Shown here piece by piece: positions 30,489 through 39,621 of a stretch of DNA of 64,000 nt. Position 1 is the stretch's first letter. Each line of letters begins with the position of its first letter. Under the pieces are notes generated by a model, which was not told the origin of the DNA, searched no databases, and worked only from the letters and a program-made list of their open reading frames with translations. Where the stretch lies: the IMG/VR virus record IMGVR_UViG_3300026549_000032, positions 32,001-96,000 of that record. One strand, 5' to 3'. This DNA is from a virus (lineage: Duplodnaviria > Caudoviricetes). Both the position numbers and the translations under genes were made by a program.

Positions 30489-31085
30489 ATGCCAGCAGAG
30501 ATACAAAGAATCAAACTCCTGAGAGGAACAGCAGAAACACTATTAGAGAGCAATGCTATCCTAGAGAATGGTGAAATCTGCCTAATTAATAGCTCAGGGG
30601 ATAAAAATATAAATGAATATGATTCTCTTGTAATCGGAAATGGTGAAACAGAAGCAAGATCGCTAAAACTTATACCATTAAATGTCTCTAAAGGTTCTGT
30701 ATTCCTGGGTACAGCTGATAACGAAACTATACCCGCAAGTAAACCAACATGTTCTGTATACTACTTAGCACTAACGCCGGGTACTTATAGCGGGTTTGGA
30801 AATATAGTTGTAGAACCTGGAGAAATTGTATTCTTAGTCTACCAATATGGTGGCTGGTGCAAAATAAAAATAATCCAGGTGGATGAAGAATTAAGCGAGA
30901 CTTCTACAAATCCAGTTCAAAATAAAGTGCTCTATAGAGCATTAAAAGATCTGGAAAGTAAAATCGTAGAAGGTGCAATTAAGGTTCCAGTTGATTCTGA
31001 GTTTTCCGATGAATCAGAGAATCCGATAATGAACCGTACCGTTACTCGTAAATTTAACGAATTCGAGTGGTACGAAGAAGCATAA
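30489..31085 (+). CDS. Fibre adaptor with Mtd-N-like N-terminal domain (198 aa)
   Basis: 'RIKLLRGTA...N.IL..GEI...IGNG' Mtd_N/hyaluronidase-N-like; two 'D.E.S..S.NP..N' repeats; ends FEWYEEA. Confidence 0.65.
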   Translation: MPAEIQRIKLLRGTAETLLESNAILENGEICLINSSGDKNINEYDSLVIGNGETEARSLKLIPLNVSKGSVFLGTADNETIPASKPTCSVYYLALTPGTYSGFGNIVVEPGEIVFLVYQYGGWCKIKIIQVDEELSETSTNPVQNKVLYRALKDLESKIVEGAIKVPVDSEFSDESENPIMNRTVTRKFNEFEWYEEA

Positions 31086-31111
31086 ACCTATTAAAATTTT
31101 ATTAATTTATT

Positions 31112-33373
31112 ATGGCTCAAACCATTTTTAATAAATTTTTGTTCTATAGAACAGTGTCTGCTTTTAACACTGCTCTTGAAAATGAAGCATTTAGCTCCAA
31201 TTCGATCGTATTTGTAGGTCAGGAAGCAAGTGTAGATCCTAAACTCGATGAAGTTCATTTTATTTACACTCACGGTAAACGATTTGACACTGACTTTGAT
31301 CCCTCTACTATAGAAGCCGCCATTGATGCACTTGATGGTCGTCTTGATATTATTGAAGGCAGTAATACTACTGAGGGCTCTATTGCAAAGGCTGTAAAAG
31401 ACCTACAAGATACTCTTGAAGGCATTATTGGCACAGGCTTCGCTGCTACTGAGGGCAATACCATTGCTGAAAAGCTTACTGCAGAAACTACTGCACGTAC
31501 GAACGCTGATACGGCAATCAATGATAAGATCGGTACTGGTTTCGACTCTACTAACACCGTATCTAAGGCTATATCTGACGAAGCTACAGCTCGTGGAAAT
31601 GCCGATACAGCAATTCAAAACCAGATCGGTACAGGTTTCTCATCTGCTAGTGGTAATACAATTGCTGAGCGTGTTGTAGCTGCTGAGAATGCTATTACTA
31701 CTTTGAATAGTGGTAATACAGTTGCTGGATCAGTAGATAAGAAGGTTAAGGACGCAATTGATGCTCTTGGTTCAGGTACTGCTCAGACTGTATCCGGAAA
31801 AGCTATCATATCTGTTACAGAATCTGCTGGCGTCGTCACGGCTGAATCAGGTAATATCGATGCTCAATATGTAAATTATACTCCTCAGGGAGAAGAAGGA
31901 GCAAAGGATACTCTTAATACCAATGTTCAGACGGTTCTTGCTGAAATCTTCCAGAAGATCGCAGAGAACGAAGAAGCTGGTGAAGTAGCTGTCTACAAAA
32001 ATGGTACTAAGGTAAGTGCAATTGCTGCTGACGGTGAAACCTATACTATTAAGCAGGGTACTACTGATGTTGCTACTATCAATATTGCTAAAGATATGGT
32101 AGTTAGCTCTGGTTCAGTTATCACTGCTACTGGTGAAGAAACTGACGTTCCTACTGGCACTACTCTTGTAACTGGTAAGAAATATGTTCGTTTGGTTATT
32201 AAAGACTCAACTGATGGTAAGAACATTTATATTGCTGTTGATGAGTTGTATGATGACTACTCATTTACTGATAGTTCTGAAATTGATTTCGCTGAGTCAA
32301 ATAATGACGTAACTGCATCTATTAAGACGGGTTCTATTGCTGAGAGTAAACTCGATTCAGCACTTCAGGCAAAAATTGCTGGTGCAAGAACTGTTCTTGT
32401 TGAAATTGCTCAGACAACTCCTGCTACTAAGCATATCACAGTAACTAAGACCGCCGGTACGGGATCAACTCCAGATTCCTATACGATTGCTGAGCACGAT
32501 ATTGCATCGGCTGCTGCTCTTACTCAGGAAATCTCAGACCGCCAATCTGGTGATGCTGCTCTGCTGGGTGCAAGCACAGATGCATCTACTGCTAATACTA
32601 TCTACGGTGCAAAGAAGGGTGTTGAGGAAGCAAAGGCTGCTGCCGCAACTGCTAAGACCGTAGTGAACGCTAAAACCCCAAGCACGGGTGAGCATATTAC
32701 AGTAACTGTTACTCAAGACTCTACAGATAGTCATGATATTGTAACAATTTCTGAGAATGACATTGCAAGTGCTCAGCTCGTTGGTACAATTCCCGCCGGT
32801 GCTACTTCCACAACAGTAACTGAATATGCTGCTGAGGTTGCATCTAGTGAGGCTAATGCTGCTGAAACTGCTGCTAAGGGTTATGCAGATGCAATTACAG
32901 TAAACAGTAAAGGTAAAGGTCAAGACACTCAGAATATACTTATCGATGGTTCCGACATCGCCTTGACCGGATATACTGCTAAATCGGGTGCTGGAAATGA
33001 CGATGTTGCTGCTACTGATACAGTAAGTGCAGCTATCAAGAAAGTCGAGACTAAAGTAGACAACCTTGACTCTGCTTCTCCGTTTGGGTACACTAATGCA
33101 TCTAACAAGTCTACTGTACTTAAAGGCAGTAACTTAACTGCTCAAAACGTCAGTGAAGTAGCAGTTGGTCAATACAACGTATCAAGATCAGGTAAGACTC
33201 AGTTCTCTGTTGGTATTGGTGATGCAGTTAATGGCCAGAAAAATGGTATTGAAGTTCAAAACGACGGTACAATTATTATCTACCCATATGCTTCTAATGG
33301 CACCTTCTCAACGACTTCTGCTATTCTTCAGGAAATTCTGCACAACGAGATTGACTGGTACGAGGGAGCCTAA
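31112..33373 (+). CDS. Tail fibre protein (753 aa)
   Basis: Ala/Thr-rich coiled repeats (IGTGF...E.TAR.NADTAI); C-terminal 'AVGQYNV...FSVGIG...KNGIEV..DG' fibre-head-like; ends IDWYEGA. Confidence 0.8.
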   Translation: MAQTIFNKFLFYRTVSAFNTALENEAFSSNSIVFVGQEASVDPKLDEVHFIYTHGKRFDTDFDPSTIEAAIDALDGRLDIIEGSNTTEGSIAKAVKDLQDTLEGIIGTGFAATEGNTIAEKLTAETTARTNADTAINDKIGTGFDSTNTVSKAISDEATARGNADTAIQNQIGTGFSSASGNTIAERVVAAENAITTLNSGNTVAGSVDKKVKDAIDALGSGTAQTVSGKAIISVTESAGVVTAESGNIDAQYVNYTPQGEEGAKDTLNTNVQTVLAEIFQKIAENEEAGEVAVYKNGTKVSAIAADGETYTIKQGTTDVATINIAKDMVVSSGSVITATGEETDVPTGTTLVTGKKYVRLVIKDSTDGKNIYIAVDELYDDYSFTDSSEIDFAESNNDVTASIKTGSIAESKLDSALQAKIAGARTVLVEIAQTTPATKHITVTKTAGTGSTPDSYTIAEHDIASAAALTQEISDRQSGDAALLGASTDASTANTIYGAKKGVEEAKAAAATAKTVVNAKTPSTGEHITVTVTQDSTDSHDIVTISENDIASAQLVGTIPAGATSTTVTEYAAEVASSEANAAETAAKGYADAITVNSKGKGQDTQNILIDGSDIALTGYTAKSGAGNDDVAATDTVSAAIKKVETKVDNLDSASPFGYTNASNKSTVLKGSNLTAQNVSEVAVGQYNVSRSGKTQFSVGIGDAVNGQKNGIEVQNDGTIIIYPYASNGTFSTTSAILQEILHNEIDWYEGA

Positions 33374-33391
33374 TTAATCCTATATATTTCC

Positions 33392-33433
33392 AGGTGCGTA
33401 GGGAAGATTGAACTTCTCTCTTCTCTACCACCT
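33392..33433 (+). promoter_or_regulatory. Intergenic stem-loop
   Basis: AGGTG..TAGGGAAGA / TCTTCTCTA.CACCT imperfect inverted repeat followed by TTT. Confidence 0.4.
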
Positions 33434-33453
33434 TTTCTATAAAACAATAACAA

Positions 33454-35031
33454 ATGGCAAGTGAACTTATTCCAAATAAATTTATATGCTACCAGACTGA
33501 GGCTGCATTTCTCGTAGACAAAAACGCTGGTTATATCTCGAATAGATCTATTGCATTTGTTCTTGACAAAGAGTATATTTACTTTAGTGGAAAGACCTTC
33601 TCTGGTGGTCTAGACCAATCTGCAGTTGAGGCACTTATCCCTTCGTCCCTCCCTGACCCAAATTCATTAACTGTTCAGCAGAATGATACCAATATACTTA
33701 CCTTTAATGGTTCTTCTGCACAAACACTAAATTTTAAGGACGGTACGAACGTAACGGTTACGGAAGATTCTAGCGGAAATATAGTTATTTCTGCAACAGA
33801 CACTACATATACTAATATGTCAGCTGATGCAGGAAAAACTGGGACCGATACTACAGGAAGATTGATTAGTGCTGCTACCCTGAAGGCTATTATCGACGAT
33901 CGTGGTTATATTACTACCTCTGCCTTAAGTGGTTACTTGCAGTCTAGTGATGTGTCTGTTAGTAAGAGTGGACAAACCCTGACTGTAACAGTAGGTTCAA
34001 CTAGTGAGTCTCTGACAAACACGGATACGACCTATGATACGATGACATCGGAGGAAGGTATTACTGGTACAGATACTACAGCTCGTGTCATTACTCCTGC
34101 TGTCTTGAAGGCTATTATTGATGATAGAGGATTCTTAACGAGTCACCAGTCACTGACAGGTTATGCACAGGAGGCTAATCAGAGTGTCTCTAAGTCGGGT
34201 CAGACCTTGACGGTTAAAATAAATGGTACTACGGAGTCCTTGACCAATACAGATACATCGGTCACTTCTGCTGCTAATCACTATTCACCTACCAAGAATA
34301 ATGACTCAACCCTTACTGCTTCTGGTGGAACACTGGCAGGCGTAGGAACAGAGGTTCAGGTCATAACAGGAATCGAGCGAGACGCAAAAGGCCACGTGAC
34401 AGGTATTACGAGTGCTGGTGTTAAAAACACAGATACAGTCTATACTCACCCAACCTTTGAAGCTATCACAGGAAAGCCGACAGGCAATCAAACTCCTGCT
34501 TTCGGTGGAACATTCACTATTTCTCAGGTGAGTCGTAATACGGAGGGTCATGTATCGGCCATAACAGATCGTACTGTTACTATTCCTTCAGCTACCGCTA
34601 CAACTTCAGCTGCAGGTCTTATGTCTAGTGATGATAAGACTAAGCTGAATGGTATTGAGACAGGGGCTCAGATTAATACGATAACTGGTGTAAAGGGTAA
34701 TTCTGAAACTAACTATAGAACGGGGAATGTTAATATAACCGCTGCTAACATAGGTTTAGGCAACGTCAATAATACAAGTGATGCCAACAAGCCCGTATCA
34801 ACTGCCATGCAGGCTGCTCTCGATAAGAAGGTTGACAAGACAACTTTGGATGTTTGGGAAGAGACTACAGCAGCTGCTATTAATGATATTCTGGCAGATC
34901 CATACTCAGAAGTTTACAAGAGAATTGAAGACTTCTCAGAAAATACGGAGGATACGTTTGCAGCCGGTCTTAATGACCTGAGGTCTATGATTCAGAACCT
35001 ACAAGAACAAATAAATGCATTGAAAACATAA
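33454..35031 (+). CDS. Tail fibre protein (525 aa)
   Basis: About 75-aa tandem duplication; 'D.KGHVT', 'AGLMSSDDKTKLNGIE.GA', 'GVKGNSETNYRTGNVNIT', GLGNV repeat. Confidence 0.8.
   Translation: MASELIPNKFICYQTEAAFLVDKNAGYISNRSIAFVLDKEYIYFSGKTFSGGLDQSAVEALIPSSLPDPNSLTVQQNDTNILTFNGSSAQTLNFKDGTNVTVTEDSSGNIVISATDTTYTNMSADAGKTGTDTTGRLISAATLKAIIDDRGYITTSALSGYLQSSDVSVSKSGQTLTVTVGSTSESLTNTDTTYDTMTSEEGITGTDTTARVITPAVLKAIIDDRGFLTSHQSLTGYAQEANQSVSKSGQTLTVKINGTTESLTNTDTSVTSAANHYSPTKNNDSTLTASGGTLAGVGTEVQVITGIERDAKGHVTGITSAGVKNTDTVYTHPTFEAITGKPTGNQTPAFGGTFTISQVSRNTEGHVSAITDRTVTIPSATATTSAAGLMSSDDKTKLNGIETGAQINTITGVKGNSETNYRTGNVNITAANIGLGNVNNTSDANKPVSTAMQAALDKKVDKTTLDVWEETTAAAINDILADPYSEVYKRIEDFSENTEDTFAAGLNDLRSMIQNLQEQINALKT
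33796..34257 (+). repeat. Intragenic tandem duplication (about 225 bp x2)
   Basis: TDTTY...GTDTT.R.I....LKAIIDDRG......L.GY.Q....SVSKSGQTLTV......ESLTN occurs twice. Confidence 0.85.
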
Positions 35032-35033
35032 TC

Positions 35034-35624
35034 ATGATTACAAAATATAGAGTAGATATGTCGTCTCAGCCTCAGCCGGACGTTCTTCGTATCTCTGAAA
35101 ATTCTTCTAAGACTGTCTGGAGAGTATACTTCGATAGGGAGGAAGTTGAATCGGAGCAGACACGTGGAGAAGGTGAAGAGCCTGAGATCACAATTCAATA
35201 TCGTGCTAAGTTTATCGAGGTCACTCTGGCTACTGGTGTAACGCCAGTTCCCATTGATATCCTTCGCAGTGAAGTTATCAAGGAGATCACAGCCTATGAC
35301 GTCTCTTCTAATGTAAATGGTTTTATCTTGAACGGTAATGTCGTTTGGCTGGATAAGGATACTCGTGTAGGTCTTATGAACTCCACCTCTATCCAGAAGA
35401 GCGCTGGCTTAACGGAAACTGTTCTTTGGCTCGGTGAGACACCTCTCCGCATTAATTGCGACTTAGCTATTCAATTACTGTCTGCGCTGGAGCTTTATGC
35501 CCTGGAGTGCTTTAATAAGACAGCAGAGCATAGAAAAAATGTCCTTGCATTAGAGACCATTGACGAGATACTGGCCTACGATTATACGCAAGGATATCCT
35601 GCCATGCTCGAGATGAACGTATAA
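35034..35624 (+). CDS. DUF4376-like tail fibre assembly protein
   Basis: 'I..YD.S..VNGF.LNG..VWLDK.TRVGL...LELYALECFNKTAEH...YDYT.GYP' signature typical of Bacteroidales phages. Confidence 0.8.
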   Translation: MITKYRVDMSSQPQPDVLRISENSSKTVWRVYFDREEVESEQTRGEGEEPEITIQYRAKFIEVTLATGVTPVPIDILRSEVIKEITAYDVSSNVNGFILNGNVVWLDKDTRVGLMNSTSIQKSAGLTETVLWLGETPLRINCDLAIQLLSALELYALECFNKTAEHRKNVLALETIDEILAYDYTQGYPAMLEMNV

Positions 35625-35627
35625 TAA

Positions 35628-36137
35628 ATGATTATACCTGCTGTGTGTTCCCTTGTTCTCTTGGGAACCTATACTATATGGTTCTGTGTGAAGTACGGTA
35701 TCCCTGAGAGTCTTTCTCAGAGTTATTACTACATTCCTTGGAAGCCACTATGGACTCTTGTTCTTATGGCGGCTGGATTTCTCGTTCTCCCCGAGTGCAT
35801 GGATAGAGCTTCCAATGCTCCCACACAGATTATTCCCTTCGTTGGTATCTTTGGTTTGCTCTTGGTGGCAGCCGCACCCAGGGTAAGGGATTATGAAAGA
35901 ACTACACACATAATAGGTGCCTCTGTGGCAGGGATATTCTCACAGTTATGGGTAATCTTATACGGAAAGCCATGGACCCTGTGTGTATGGTTTATCATAC
36001 TCGGTCTATTCTTGATCGGGCATATACAAAATAGAGAGTTAACATTTGGAGAAGTCTTGGATAAGTACAAGATAGTCTTCTGGGGAGAAGTCGCCTGTTT
36101 CTTCACTTTATATATAAATCTATTATGCTTAAAATAA
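35628..36137 (+). CDS. Multi-pass membrane protein (169 aa)
   Basis: About five hydrophobic segments; 'GIPESLSQSYY' motif. Confidence 0.7.
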   Translation: MIIPAVCSLVLLGTYTIWFCVKYGIPESLSQSYYYIPWKPLWTLVLMAAGFLVLPECMDRASNAPTQIIPFVGIFGLLLVAAAPRVRDYERTTHIIGASVAGIFSQLWVILYGKPWTLCVWFIILGLFLIGHIQNRELTFGEVLDKYKIVFWGEVACFFTLYINLLCLK

Positions 36138-36388
36138 TTGAACGGTGGAAATGCACAGTTGCCTACTTCCTAGTATGCTTCTTCTTATTCATGCTAGTTT
36201 TTGTATGCGTCGCTCCTTTCTACCGAGAAAATCCATGCATTCCACGAGCATCTGGCATGATGGCCGTTATGTTTATGAGTATGTGGAAAGAACTTTGGTA
36301 CGATAAAAAGTACGGCGAGAAAGTAAAGAATTCTTGGGTCGGACTCCTCGGAGGTATGATCGGAGCTGCTTTCACGTTTATTCTCTAA
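36125..36388 (+). CDS. Small membrane protein (87 aa)
   Basis: Hydrophobic segments flanking 'KELWYDKK'. Confidence 0.55.
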   Translation: MLKIIERWKCTVAYFLVCFFLFMLVFVCVAPFYRENPCIPRASGMMAVMFMSMWKELWYDKKYGEKVKNSWVGLLGGMIGAAFTFIL

Positions 36389-36393
36389 AAATA

Positions 36394-36438
36394 AAAGACT
36401 CTCTAGGGCTTATTAAAGGCTCCAGGGAGTCCCTTTTT
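36394..36438 (+). terminator. Intrinsic terminator ending the late operon
   Basis: GACTCTCT.GGGCT / GGCTC.AGGGAGTC stem followed by a T tract. Confidence 0.6.
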
Positions 36439-36450
36439 CTTACTAATGAT
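36438..36450 (+). promoter_or_regulatory. Promoter box TCTTA-CTAA-TG abutting ATG
   Basis: TCTTACTAATGAT-ATG(36451). Confidence 0.6.
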
Positions 36451-37275
36451 ATGAAAAAGATTTTAATATTACCTGACATACATGGACGTATGTTTTGGAA
36501 AGAACCTGAAGTCCAGACCGCCTGGGGTGAAGCTGATCATGTTGTGTTCCTGGGAGACTACTTAGATTCCTATCCATGGGAAGGAATTTCCTGGAAGAGG
36601 GCGTGGGATAACTTTATGGAGATAGTCGAGGCTAAGAAGAAGGAACCAAAAAAGGTTACGCTTCTCTTAGGGAACCATGACTATCACTATGCCTTCTCTG
36701 AGATTGTTGGAATGAAAGGAAGCAGGTTCAACTGGGATGAAGCTCCAAAGACAACACGTTTCTTCCAGGATAACTTAGGACTATTCCAGTTTGCTTGGTC
36801 TATGACAAATTCAAAAGGTCTTGTCTACCTCTTTACTCATGCAGGGGTAGTGGGCGGTTGGGTTAAGAGTAACAAGCTAGTTCCCCCAGCTTCGACAAGA
36901 GTAGCATCATGGCTAAACAATTTTGTGGTGAATCCAGATACGCTTCTCTCTATGATGTGGGATGTCTCCAGAGATAGAGGTGGTTATGCTAGATATGGTT
37001 CCCCTATCTGGGCCGATCATGAAGAACATCACTGGAATACATGGAGAGAAAAGAAAATATATCAGATCTTCGGACATTCTCAAGGGTGTTATCACTGGAT
37101 TGCCGGAGACCATTCGGCCTGTCTTGATTGCAGAAGACCATTCATCCTTCTCCCTGAGAGCGGTATTTTTGGAGAACCAGAGACAGTCGAAGGTAATAGA
37201 TACTGGACAAAGGTTATAGAAACATCCGGCCTTCCCACCAAAGAGTGGGTTGATGCTTGGATTAATGAGATATAA
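36451..37275 (+). CDS. Calcineurin-like metallophosphoesterase
   Basis: PDIHG, LGDYLD, LGNHD, THAG, FGHS motifs; true start MKKILILPD at 36451. Confidence 0.9.
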   Translation: MKKILILPDIHGRMFWKEPEVQTAWGEADHVVFLGDYLDSYPWEGISWKRAWDNFMEIVEAKKKEPKKVTLLLGNHDYHYAFSEIVGMKGSRFNWDEAPKTTRFFQDNLGLFQFAWSMTNSKGLVYLFTHAGVVGGWVKSNKLVPPASTRVASWLNNFVVNPDTLLSMMWDVSRDRGGYARYGSPIWADHEEHHWNTWREKKIYQIFGHSQGCYHWIAGDHSACLDCRRPFILLPESGIFGEPETVEGNRYWTKVIETSGLPTKEWVDAWINEI

Positions 37276-37289
37276 AAAAAAGAAGAGAG

Positions 37290-37766
37290 TTAAGTATAAA
37301 ACTTACTCTCTTTAATTTCCTTCTCGATATCTGGACTGAGGAGTCCTCTCTGATATAGGATTAGGACAGACTCTTTTCCCTTCCCCTTAGCGGACAGGAC
37401 AGATTTGGGGTCTTTAAGGTTCGTGGTTACTCCCTCTGCCCTGAGAATAGACATGTTCCTATTGTAGGTAACACTATCATCACCCACTTTATAGAGAAGG
37501 TCAAAGGTGGTTGATTCTCGGATAGGGAACAGTTCGCTTATTCCTACTACCCTGCCAGTACTCTCTAGGAAATGTGTCTCGTGGGAATAGAAGAACCTAC
37601 TCTTGAAGTCTCGATCCTCCGACAGGTAGTCATAAAAGTCAGACCATCCAATCAAGATATCGTCCTCTGAGTCCCCAATAGTCCAAGGACATCCTTTCTC
37701 GTCTAAGTATTTGGTTAGGTCGTATCCTTTATCGGCCGTATCAGCTCTGACTAGTACTTTTAACAT
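37290..37766 (-). CDS. Hypothetical protein (158 aa)
   Basis: ORF overlapping the end of the ATP-grasp gene. Confidence 0.6.
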   Translation of the reverse strand: MLKVLVRADTADKGYDLTKYLDEKGCPWTIGDSEDDILIGWSDFYDYLSEDRDFKSRFFYSHETHFLESTGRVVGISELFPIRESTTFDLLYKVGDDSVTYNRNMSILRAEGVTTNLKDPKSVLSAKGKGKESVLILYQRGLLSPDIEKEIKESKFYT

Positions 37767-38484
37767 AGTCCCAAGCCCTCTTTAACATGAGAGGCAACTT
37801 CTGATAATCACTAAAACCATAAAGTCCACAGCTAATGAATTCATGAGCCTCCATAACGACGGTCATAACTACACCCTCCTTATTCTTGATTACAGCAAAG
37901 TCCATGGTTAGGGCAGGACAGGTGAGACCAGACAACTTAATAGCCCTCTTCATCTTAAAAGGTTCAGGGAAGATTAGTGGATCTCCTGAATATGGCTGAC
38001 AGGCTATAATCTCACCTCCCCAGACGAAGCACCTCCACTCCGACAAGACATCTAAGGGAAGTCGGAATTGGTAGTTCTGATTAGGGTCAAGGGTAGTGAG
38101 GTCCGTGACTAAGCCATTTATGTCGTCCTTAAGGGAAACAGTAGACTTGACATAGAGAGGCATAGCCGCCTTAAACTTCTCTGGTAAGTCGCCCACTTTA
38201 CCAACCCAAGCGCCACCAGTCCAAGTATCGTTCTCTAGGAGGGGAGTTGGAACATTGATTGGCTTGATGGTTAGCCCAGAGAAGGCCTTAACAAACTCTA
38301 TTGTTCCAACAGGTATCCAATCTGGGTCAAGTATGTCTTTCTTGGCAAGGAGTTCCTCCAAAGACATATAGGTAATCGAGAAGGGTTCTTTGCGCCAGTT
38401 CCAGTATTCCTGGGCGCGTTCTAATTCAAAACAAAAATCTAATGTAACTCTTTCGTTAATCGTTTGAATAATAAATTTCATCAT
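37741..38484 (-). CDS. ATP-grasp protein, R2K/DUF4343-like
   Basis: 'PVGTIEFV', 'YVKS', 'EWRCFV..GEII', 'MDFAV', 'VMEAH...SCGLYG'. Confidence 0.8.
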   Translation of the reverse strand: MMKFIIQTINERVTLDFCFELERAQEYWNWRKEPFSITYMSLEELLAKKDILDPDWIPVGTIEFVKAFSGLTIKPINVPTPLLENDTWTGGAWVGKVGDLPEKFKAAMPLYVKSTVSLKDDINGLVTDLTTLDPNQNYQFRLPLDVLSEWRCFVWGGEIIACQPYSGDPLIFPEPFKMKRAIKLSGLTCPALTMDFAVIKNKEGVVMTVVMEAHEFISCGLYGFSDYQKLPLMLKRAWDYVKSTSQS

Positions 38485-38499
38485 ATCACCTATAAGGCT
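38485..38499 (-). promoter_or_regulatory. Promoter box CCTTA-TAGG-TG abutting ATG
   Basis: Minus strand AGCCTTATAGGTGAT-ATG. Confidence 0.65.
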
Positions 38500-38509
38500 G
38501 TGAGAAAAT

Positions 38510-38535
38510 AAAAAAGGAGAAAATTACTTTCTCCT
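38510..38535 (-). terminator. Intrinsic terminator
   Basis: AGGAGAAA/TTTCTCCT stem; T-tract on the minus strand. Confidence 0.6.
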
Positions 38536-38587
38536 AAATTTTTTTAAAGTCGCTGTCCTTTCAAAGTCCAGCTCCACTGTCCATTAC

Positions 38588-39514
38588 TCATTCACAAGAG
38601 CTGAAGAAAGGTAACACATGGTACCTGCAACCCAGGCAAGCGTAATAGGGCCAGCGGCTCCAGCCACCATTACTGTTCAGGCGCCAAACCGAATCAGCGC
38701 TTCGCATTGAGGATGAGTAGAACCAATAGCCCCAAGGTATGTTCTCTAAGCCAAGGGCAAACCTAGTTATATTAATCTCTGCCAAAGACAGGAATGCTTC
38801 TTTAAGCTCACCAGTGGCCGGTACGTAACCACCAAGCTTTCTAGCTTTTTCGAAAGCAGGGAATTCTAGATCAGGGTTCTTGAGTAGAATGTCTCTCTGA
38901 TTTTCCTCACCATTCATATCACGGTCAGCTTCTTCAAACTTCATAGTCTTGGCCGTATTAATGATTCGGGAGGTACAGAATACTACATCCTGAAACCATT
39001 CTGTTGATATTATATGTTTGCCAACCTTAATACCAATCACGCCCTTTCTTTCTCGGCCTTCCTGAACACTTACTATACTTTTATCCATTAAGAGTACCTC
39101 TAATGCAAACTGGGGAACAAGGGACTCCAAGGTCTTAGTGTAGAGTTGTTCTGTGGCTCGGGAAACAGTATCTTTAGTGATATGTAACTTCCTCGCAGCT
39201 ACCTGATTCAAGTCATCTTGTATCCACATTCTCGTTCCTGCTGGGATTGTGGCTTTGAAAATCTCTCCACCGTTGTCATTTCTTCTAGCTTCGACGGGAT
39301 TCAGGTAGGCATGTATAGCTCCACCATTCAAGGAAAACTTATATCCATATTCGTCAAAGTTGGGGTCCCCGGAGGGAGTTAAGTCTTTTCCTAACTTAAC
39401 AGGATAGCCTTGGTAGGGAGTTTTATATCCATCTGCGCCCTTCTTTAGGACTTTATAAACTGTAATATCTTCTTTTGTTACAAATCCGTTTTTATTTCCA
39501 ACGTATAAACACAT
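38588..39514 (-). CDS. Two-domain protein with C-terminal C-type-lectin-fold (DUF1566-like) domain; probable DGR target
   Basis: 'YVPATGEL...YWFYSSS.....VWRL...G........YHVLPF' CLec/DGR-target pattern; NNY-rich 3' codons. Confidence 0.65.
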   Translation of the reverse strand: MCLYVGNKNGFVTKEDITVYKVLKKGADGYKTPYQGYPVKLGKDLTPSGDPNFDEYGYKFSLNGGAIHAYLNPVEARRNDNGGEIFKATIPAGTRMWIQDDLNQVAARKLHITKDTVSRATEQLYTKTLESLVPQFALEVLLMDKSIVSVQEGRERKGVIGIKVGKHIISTEWFQDVVFCTSRIINTAKTMKFEEADRDMNGEENQRDILLKNPDLEFPAFEKARKLGGYVPATGELKEAFLSLAEINITRFALGLENIPWGYWFYSSSMRSADSVWRLNSNGGWSRWPYYACLGCRYHVLPFFSSCE

Positions 39515-39562
39515 AATTTTAACTTAGTTTGTCTGTTTCTATGAGTAAGGCTTTGAAAAAGA

Positions 39563-39603
39563 AAAAGGAGGGAGAGAAAGATATTAAAATCTAATCTCTC
39601 CTC
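39563..39603 (-). terminator. Intrinsic terminator after helicase-like gene
   Basis: GGAGAGA.AGAT / ATCT..TCTCTCC stem; A-tract on + strand equals T-tract on - strand. Confidence 0.5.
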
Positions 39604-39621
39604 ATAATTAAAATGATAATT

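Noticed and set aside
36334-36450. N-terminal extension of the metallophosphoesterase
   Set aside because: Runs through a terminator and promoter box; the domain starts at ATG 36451
38536-38587. DGR template repeat, RT gene or cruciform next to the putative variable region
   Set aside because: Only short direct repeats (AAAGTC, CTGTCC) seen; no AAC-rich copy or RT motifs found in the window by eye
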